Virus record (IMG/VR): IMGVR_UViG_3300008113_000221
Span: 1 to 60,151 of that record
Origin: a virus
Taxonomy: Duplodnaviria; Caudoviricetes
Direction: 5' to 3' (one strand)
DNA: 60,151 bases
The notes under the pieces were generated by a model. That model worked only from the letters and a program-made list of their open reading frames with translations. It was not told where the DNA came from and did not search any database. The stretch's first letter is position 1. Each line of letters opens with the position of its first letter. Of the stretch, positions 55,090 to 60,151 are shown piece by piece. A program made the position numbers and the translations under genes.

Positions 55090-55293
55090 ATGAACACTAT
55101 TTTTAACTACTGCGTAGACCTTCTTTACTATATTTCTTACATCACTGGCTTGTCTTACGAAGAGGTAAATGTCGTTATATTTTGTTTTATATGGCCATTG
55201 TTTACAATATTTTTAATATATAAGGCTTTTATAAAATCGGCTTGCCAGTCTTCTTGTCAAAATAAATCCTGCCATAAATCTCTGGAGGCTTAG
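55090..55293 (+). CDS. lone plus-strand membrane protein (moron-like)
   Basis: MNTIFNYCVDLL...GLSYEEVNVVIFCFIWP; AACC-ATG start; TATCTTTAC at 55067. Confidence 0.6.
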   Translation: MNTIFNYCVDLLYYISYITGLSYEEVNVVIFCFIWPLFTIFLIYKAFIKSACQSSCQNKSCHKSLEA

Positions 55294-56107
55294 ACCCCTG
55301 CCTTAGTATACTCCTTCCAAACTTGGCTATATTTGTTTTTGACTTTTCTATAAATCCCTGTCCTTCTAACTCTTTGCTGGTTCCTGAAGTAGGGTCTATA
55401 TCCCATACATCATAGTATGATATATATGGCCCCTTTTCATCTTCTTCAATACCTATGTTAGCGACCCCTAGTCCAGTTACAGTTCCTTTTACTCCTCCTT
55501 TCTTTCCAACAAGCACCTCCCCAGTTTTTTCATCCCTTGCTAGAAACGAACTTCCAGATTTCTTTAATGTGCTTATCAAGTTGTCTAAATCTTTTTTGCT
55601 TTTTATACTTGGAGTAGAGCCAATCTCTTTTGACAGAGCATCAAGCAATCCCTTGCCAACTATTTTAGAATCAACATATTCAGATGTTTTATCCGTTTCG
55701 TCTGTTGGCCTATAAGCCGATTTTGATAAAGTACCATACTTTGGCTTCAGTCCACCATACTTAGAAAGCAGGTCAAACCTTAGCTTATCTTCATCTCCAC
55801 CTTTTAGACCATATCCCTTCTCGAAGTATTGCTCCATGTCAGCCCTATCCTGCTCTTTTTCTCCCATTACTATAGTCTTAAATCCTCTTTCTATAGTACT
55901 TCCTTTACCGCCGGGCCTATCATCTCCATATCCCCAAGGAGTTATATTTTTAGCAAGCCTTTTTCTCGCAATGCCTGCAATAATCTTTAATGCCTCTTTT
56001 CCAGATTCTCCAAGTGTGTTAAACCCAACTGGCTCTTGAGGAAGCTTTGGCTTGTCTGGAACTAATATCTCCTTGCCGTTAACTACTATCTTTTTTTTGT
56101 CTTCCAT
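55229..56107 (-). CDS. hypothetical protein
   Basis: 292-aa ORF; ISYYDVWDIDP...EIYGRIYF. Confidence 0.75.
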   Translation of the reverse strand: MEDKKKIVVNGKEILVPDKPKLPQEPVGFNTLGESGKEALKIIAGIARKRLAKNITPWGYGDDRPGGKGSTIERGFKTIVMGEKEQDRADMEQYFEKGYGLKGGDEDKLRFDLLSKYGGLKPKYGTLSKSAYRPTDETDKTSEYVDSKIVGKGLLDALSKEIGSTPSIKSKKDLDNLISTLKKSGSSFLARDEKTGEVLVGKKGGVKGTVTGLGVANIGIEEDEKGPYISYYDVWDIDPTSGTSKELEGQGFIEKSKTNIAKFGRSILRQGSKPPEIYGRIYFDKKTGKPIL

Positions 56108-56108
56108 G

Positions 56109-56219
56109 CTATATTGATGCTATGTAAAGTATTATAAAAAATATTGGCAATAGAAGCACTATCGCTAGTGGTATTAGTCCGTATAAAAGTACACGCAGTA
56201 TTGCTTTAGCTATTTTCAT
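56109..56219 (-). CDS. 36-aa hydrophobic peptide
   Basis: Read by hand: MKIAKAILRVLLYGLIPLAIVLLLPIFFIILYIASI*. Confidence 0.5.
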   Translation of the reverse strand: MKIAKAILRVLLYGLIPLAIVLLLPIFFIILYIASI

Positions 56220-56434
56220 TTTTTCTTTTTGTAGTTCTCAAGCATCTTATACCCCTGCATCCTTCTGTATGCATTACCAAAAGCCTTGAGCTTCATCATC
56301 TTCTCCTCTTTTTCTTTCTTCTCATCGCTTTCTTCCATCATATCCTCTTCCTCTTCAATGAGGTCTTCCATCATCTCATGATGCTTATACATCTTCTCGA
56401 TGTCTTTTTCGGATATTTTTTTTTTGCCAAACAT
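56216..56434 (-). CDS. small charged protein
   Basis: ORF track; E/K/M-rich. Confidence 0.65.
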   Translation of the reverse strand: MFGKKKISEKDIEKMYKHHEMMEDLIEEEEDMMEESDEKKEKEEKMMKLKAFGNAYRRMQGYKMLENYKKKK

Positions 56435-56435
56435 A

Positions 56436-56684
56436 TTATTTCTTTTTAGCTTTTAACTCCATCAGCTTCTTTGCTGCACTTGGAACTTTAGTCATGTCAG
56501 TACCGTACAGTCCACGACCTTTAACAGGATTTAGCTTCCTATCCTCTTGAACAAGTTTCTTATAATCCTTGTTAGCTTGAGCATTTTCCTTTGCAGTCAT
56601 TGGCTTCTTCATCTGGGTAAGAGACTTTGCCATTCCAGCCTCCGCTTGAGTAAGCGGTCTTTTTTTAATAGGTTGTTGTTTCAT
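56436..56684 (-). CDS. small Lys-rich protein
   Basis: ORF track. Confidence 0.7.
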   Translation of the reverse strand: MKQQPIKKRPLTQAEAGMAKSLTQMKKPMTAKENAQANKDYKKLVQEDRKLNPVKGRGLYGTDMTKVPSAAKKLMELKAKKK

Positions 56685-56692
56685 TTTTTTAT

Positions 56693-57028
56693 TTATTGTA
56701 TTCCGTATTTAGATAATCCACCAGATTTTTTAAGAGCCTGATATTTTGCTGTTGGAACTAAGTCGCCATCTTTCATAGCAAAAATACCTTCTGCGATAAG
56801 TTCTTGATTAGACATCTTAGACTTTCCTTTTGGCCCTGCCATTGCAGCTACATTCTTTGGAATGAACTTAGCGAGCATAGTCTTTTCAGTAACCTTGCCA
56901 TCCATAGACTCTGTCTCCTGTCCAACCGCAACTACTTTGCCTACTTTCTTGTCTTCAATCATTTTGTCAGCAGCTTTCTTTACTCCAGACATTGGAAGTG
57001 GGCCACCTTTAAGTTTAATTTTTGCCAT
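56693..57028 (-). CDS. Lys-rich protein
   Basis: ORF track. Confidence 0.7.
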   Translation of the reverse strand: MAKIKLKGGPLPMSGVKKAADKMIEDKKVGKVVAVGQETESMDGKVTEKTMLAKFIPKNVAAMAGPKGKSKMSNQELIAEGIFAMKDGDLVPTAKYQALKKSGGLSKYGIQ

Positions 57029-57040
57029 TGTTTTTTGTTT

Positions 57041-57415
57041 TTATCTGTACTTTTTAGTTTTTTCTGCTATCTTTTTAGGCTGCTCTACAAACTGCTTTCC
57101 CTCTTTATTCCCTTCAGCCTTTGCCTTGTTAGTCGCCGCCTTCTCTTTTTCAGATAGTGCGCTCCATGCTTTCTTAGGAAGGTATCTTCTCTTGCCTTCA
57201 GAAGGCTTGCCAGAAGATGTTGTCCATTCCTGCTTTGTCCACTGAGAGAGTTTGTTAGACTCCTTCTTTTCTCCACTATATCCTCCACCCTTCTTCTTAT
57301 ATATTGACACTGCAAGTTGCATTGCTCTGGCTGAGTGTTTACCGCCCATCCTTCTCTTCGCTTCTTGCTTTGCTGAATCCCACAGCGCAGGCTTAGTTTT
57401 TACGGCTACACTCAT
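57041..57415 (-). CDS. basic protein (DUF5872-like)
   Basis: HSARAMQLA..YKKKGGGY...WTKQEW...RYLPKKAW. Confidence 0.75.
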   Translation of the reverse strand: MSVAVKTKPALWDSAKQEAKRRMGGKHSARAMQLAVSIYKKKGGGYSGEKKESNKLSQWTKQEWTTSSGKPSEGKRRYLPKKAWSALSEKEKAATNKAKAEGNKEGKQFVEQPKKIAEKTKKYR

Positions 57416-57522
57416 TTCCTATCTTTTCTATCGTGCTTGTTATACGACTTCTTAGCCTTTCCTTTCTTTCTTTTACCAAAGGAGATTTTTACACTGTCGC
57501 CTGATGATTTAGATTTTGCCAT
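57412..57522 (-). CDS. 36-aa very basic peptide
   Basis: Read by hand: MAKSKSSGDSVKISFGKRKKGKAKKSYNKHDRKDRK*. Confidence 0.55.
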   Translation of the reverse strand: MAKSKSSGDSVKISFGKRKKGKAKKSYNKHDRKDRK

Positions 57523-57866
57523 TACTTTCCTATTTTAACTTTTCTACCACCTTTATAATTTTGCGTAAACCTTACAGCGTCTGCATCATTCTTGAATTTA
57601 ATAAATTCCCCTGTCTTTTTTGCATAGTCATAAGCATCATCACTATTTAAATATTTTAGCTCTTTATTTATGTTTACAACTCTTGGATAAGCAATCCCAT
57701 CGGATACTTCCATTTTGTGCGTCATGCTATATCCGGGCTCATCTGGGTCTGGTATGCTTTTAGTTTTTTTCTCAAAAAACCTTTCAACAAAGTCTTTGCC
57801 CCTATTAGCAGCAAGTATACTATCAACTTCTTTTCTATCCTTTCTTTTTAGCCTTACCTTAGCCAT
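57522..57866 (-). CDS. hypothetical basic protein
   Basis: ORF track. Confidence 0.7.
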   Translation of the reverse strand: MAKVRLKRKDRKEVDSILAANRGKDFVERFFEKKTKSIPDPDEPGYSMTHKMEVSDGIAYPRVVNINKELKYLNSDDAYDYAKKTGEFIKFKNDADAVRFTQNYKGGRKVKIGK

Positions 57867-58218
57867 CGAGTTTAATAATTTTAAATTCTATTCTTGGGTT
57901 CTGTTTGTCAACAAATTTTCTGGCTGATATATTCATGCAATACCTATCATTCTCTATTGCCTCTACCCTTTGCAGGCAGTCAAGGAAAGCCTTAAACATG
58001 CCATCAAGGTCACTCATATTGCTTCTGAAATATACATCAACCTCTACGCCAAAGTTACCAATTATTTTCTCTTTTTTACCAAATTGCAAGGCAAACGATT
58101 TTTCGTAGTCTTTCAGCTCTTTTGTCTTCGCCAGTGAGCCATGACCCTTAATGGTTATTATCCTATAGCCATTACTTTTAGAAGGCACTTGCCCATATAT
58201 CACTATCTTGTCATTCAT
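57859..58218 (-). CDS. rusA: RusA-family Holliday junction resolvase
   Basis: VPSKSN...SDLDGMFKAFLDCL...IENDR...NPRIEF. Confidence 0.85.
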   Translation of the reverse strand: MNDKIVIYGQVPSKSNGYRIITIKGHGSLAKTKELKDYEKSFALQFGKKEKIIGNFGVEVDVYFRSNMSDLDGMFKAFLDCLQRVEAIENDRYCMNISARKFVDKQNPRIEFKIIKLDG

Positions 58219-58219
58219 A

Positions 58220-58489
58220 TTACAAAGGCTGTTCAGTTACAGAACTATCGTCATCTTGCATACTCTCAGTTATCATCTTACACTTCTCAAACTCATGGTA
58301 GCTTGCGCTTTTAAAGTTAACCATATAATCTGATTTAGCCTTGATTAATTTATCAAGCGTTCCTTTGAGAGCATACTCGCTGATACCTATAGTAGCCTCT
58401 GCTCGGTGGGTATCACAGTAAGAGAATACCGCATCATCGTGTACCCTTACTGAATTTACTGCTGGGTTAGAACAAATACAGCATATCAT
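58220..58489 (-). CDS. hypothetical protein with a possible Zn finger
   Basis: CCIC...YCDTH. Confidence 0.6.
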   Translation of the reverse strand: MICCICSNPAVNSVRVHDDAVFSYCDTHRAEATIGISEYALKGTLDKLIKAKSDYMVNFKSASYHEFEKCKMITESMQDDDSSVTEQPL

Positions 58490-58692
58490 ATGTTATTTTT
58501 TACTTCGTTCCAAAATTCGTAGTCGTACTCTATTGACGTACTTGAAATCTTCTTTGTAGGATGCGCTGATAATATCAAGTCTACTGCCATTCGTGCATAC
58601 CTCTTTGACTCATAATGTGTTATATTTTCTGAGTTAGAGAACATGCGCACTATCTTTTCAGCCATCTGTTTTGGCGTAATCTCTCTTTCCAT
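58486..58692 (-). CDS. AKECALIA..EI...EVK family paralog (divergent)
   Basis: SKRYARMAVDLIL...FWNEVKNNI. Confidence 0.7.
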   Translation of the reverse strand: MEREITPKQMAEKIVRMFSNSENITHYESKRYARMAVDLILSAHPTKKISSTSIEYDYEFWNEVKNNI

Positions 58693-58918
58693 CGTATTTA
58701 AGTATTTCTTTTTTTACTTCCTTATAATACTCTTCAGCATCTGATGTTTGTGACGCTGACAACGCCTCCTCATATCCTTCTACTACATACCATATCTCAT
58801 CAAGTGCTATGATAGCACATTCTTTAGCTCTTTGTAGGCAGTCTTCCTGACCTAGTTTCCACTGAACATGAGGATAGAATCTCTCAATCAGCATCTGTGC
58901 ATGCCATTTTGCCTTCAT
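58658..58918 (-). CDS. AKECALIA..EI...EVK family paralog
   Basis: AKECAIIALDEI...YYKEVKKEI. Confidence 0.7.
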   Translation of the reverse strand: MKAKWHAQMLIERFYPHVQWKLGQEDCLQRAKECAIIALDEIWYVVEGYEEALSASQTSDAEEYYKEVKKEILKYDGKRDYAKTDG

Positions 58919-59160
58919 AATTTCTCTATTTCATTTTTTACTTCTTGCCAGTAATGGTGTGTTAGCGGAAGCTCTTTAATAGCATCTAGCCTAAGTATCT
59001 CATTAACGGCAATCAGCGCACATTCCTTAGCCTCTGTCCATCCGTCATATTCGCCTTCTGATATGACATGTCTATTAAGTGGTAAGTGCTTATAAAATGC
59101 GTCTACCATCTTATTAGCCTTCTTCCTGACATCGGGAACATGGTCTGTTTGTTTGCTCAT
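58915..59160 (-). CDS. AKECALIA..EI...EVK family paralog
   Basis: AKECALIAVNEI...YWQEVKNEIEKL. Confidence 0.7.
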   Translation of the reverse strand: MSKQTDHVPDVRKKANKMVDAFYKHLPLNRHVISEGEYDGWTEAKECALIAVNEILRLDAIKELPLTHHYWQEVKNEIEKL

Positions 59161-59624
59161 ATACTCCTTTTATTTAATACTTTTATCCTATTGCCATTAA
59201 AGAACACATTAGGGTCAAACCAGAACTCTATCCTTGAGCCTAGCTTCTTCCTTATAATGTCATTATCCAATAGGTTATTTACTCCTTCATATACGCTTGC
59301 CACAGACATTCCACACGCCACAGAGCAATCTGGAGGATTCAGCACAATAAGCTGAGACAATGGTCTTACAGATGACATTGAATAAAACAATAGCTTCATT
59401 GCCGCTGGAGACAATTTAACAACCCTACTAAGACTACTCTGAAACAGCTTAGTATATACCAAAGAGTCATGCAAAACTTTACTATCTTTGCCTAATCTAC
59501 GCATGGAATAATACTGACCTGTCTCTGGGTCAATGGTCAGCTGCTCATCTTCCTTCGTAGTATATATCCTCTCATCTATTCCCTCTATCTTGTAGGGATT
59601 ATTTATGTAAGCCTCTCTCTTCAT
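59157..59624 (-). CDS. RepL-like HTH replication/maintenance protein
   Basis: IDPETGQ, YTKLF, HTH (MSVASVYEGVNNLLDNDII), FWFDPNVFFNG C-terminal motif. Confidence 0.6.
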   Translation of the reverse strand: MKREAYINNPYKIEGIDERIYTTKEDEQLTIDPETGQYYSMRRLGKDSKVLHDSLVYTKLFQSSLSRVVKLSPAAMKLLFYSMSSVRPLSQLIVLNPPDCSVACGMSVASVYEGVNNLLDNDIIRKKLGSRIEFWFDPNVFFNGNRIKVLNKRSI

Positions 59625-59629
59625 AGCAT

Positions 59630-59637
59630 CAAATATA
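59630..59637 (-). promoter_or_regulatory. TAnnTTTG -7 element, 5 nt from the ATG
   Basis: TATATTTG-ATGCT-ATG on the minus strand. Confidence 0.6.
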
Positions 59638-59689
59638 AGTACTTTTTATGCTATCACCCAAATATTTTCCAGTATTCTGAACTACCTAT

Positions 59690-60130
59690 ACTGATAATCA
59701 ATTAGTTATAGCGTTTCCTTCTTATAATTATTAAGCGTGTAAACATAATACTCGCATTAGGGCTGATGACTTGTTTATCTGTGCGGTATTTAACGGCGAC
59801 TATCGCCGTAAAAATGCGGTGAATTAAACAATAAGTTTAAAAACATGCCAATATCTGTACTATGAGTACGACAATCAGCATAATTCTAAACAATTCGCAA
59901 ATTGATAAACCTATAGATTTACTAACGTCATGAATAAGTAAGCTGATAACTTGACTTATAAAGGATAGATATGAGTCAAAATGTAGGATATATGACACAT
60001 TAAACGCTGATATACGCATTAATGTAGTAAATATCCAACTGTCAAGTAATCCTTGACAACTCAGAAATGTCCAGTAATTGATGCATAAAACTTGACAAAC
60101 AATGTCACAAATTTTACAATATCTGTGACT
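59690..60130. repeat. non-coding array of diverse inverted repeats
   Basis: ACGGCGA-N3-TCGCCGT, TTAAAC-N5-GTTTAA, GTACT-N3-AGTAC, TTGACT...AGTCAA, TGTCAAG-N5-CTTGACA, GTCACA-N14-TGTGAC. Confidence 0.7.
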
Positions 60131-60151
60131 TAGAGATGTGGTATCGTAGAT

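Noticed and set aside
59755-59830. CTGATGA at 59763 suggesting a second hammerhead
   Set aside because: No stem II closed by GAAA and no matching stem I/III arrangement could be built.
59837-60019. 60-aa minus-strand ORF
   Set aside because: Falls in the palindrome array; no recognisable motif or typical start context.
59690-60130. Possible CRISPR or mini-CRISPR array
   Set aside because: No constant direct repeat with regular spacers.
1-60151. Stop-codon reassignment as in some crAss-like phages
   Set aside because: Long genes are intact in code 11; TAA, TAG and TGA all end genes; no suppressor tRNA seen.

Overview
This window is most of a ~60 kb tailed-phage genome (podovirus-type virion) that very probably infects Bacteroidota: it has TAnnTTTG-type promoters, A/C-rich translation starts without Shine-Dalgarno sequences, and a crAss-like portal, capsid, ring and muzzle gene set. 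It uses standard code 11. The + arm (1-16.2 kb) carries about 30 tiny early genes including a RadC/JAB protein, then an ERF annealase, a DnaA-C-like HTH protein, a VirE-N primase fused to an SF4 helicase, an O-like initiator with internal 15-bp iterons, an SSB-like protein, a nuclease and the large terminase. The - arm (59.6 to 16.2 kb) carries a RepL-like protein, RusA, Lys-rich small proteins, a GroES-like protein, portal, scaffold, major capsid, three ring proteins, muzzle, four ejection proteins (one with a DdrB-ParB domain), a 2000-aa repeat-built fibre, a lysis cassette (GH19 endolysin plus several holin-like genes) and a metallophosphoesterase. I saw no DNA or RNA polymerase, integrase, tRNA or CRISPR array. 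The most interesting content is non-coding: (i) a canonical type I hammerhead ribozyme in the early operon whose stem III matches neighbouring terminator-like hairpins; (ii) a kissing-loop RNA leader before the initiator gene; (iii) a ~50-nt candidate sRNA with its own promoter and terminator, plus two late 3'UTRs, all antisense to early or middle translation starts; (iv) early promoters with 11-bp-phased TTAACA boxes; (v) two arrays of unrelated palindromes that may be decoy binding sites. All family assignments come from motif recognition by eye, not from database searches.
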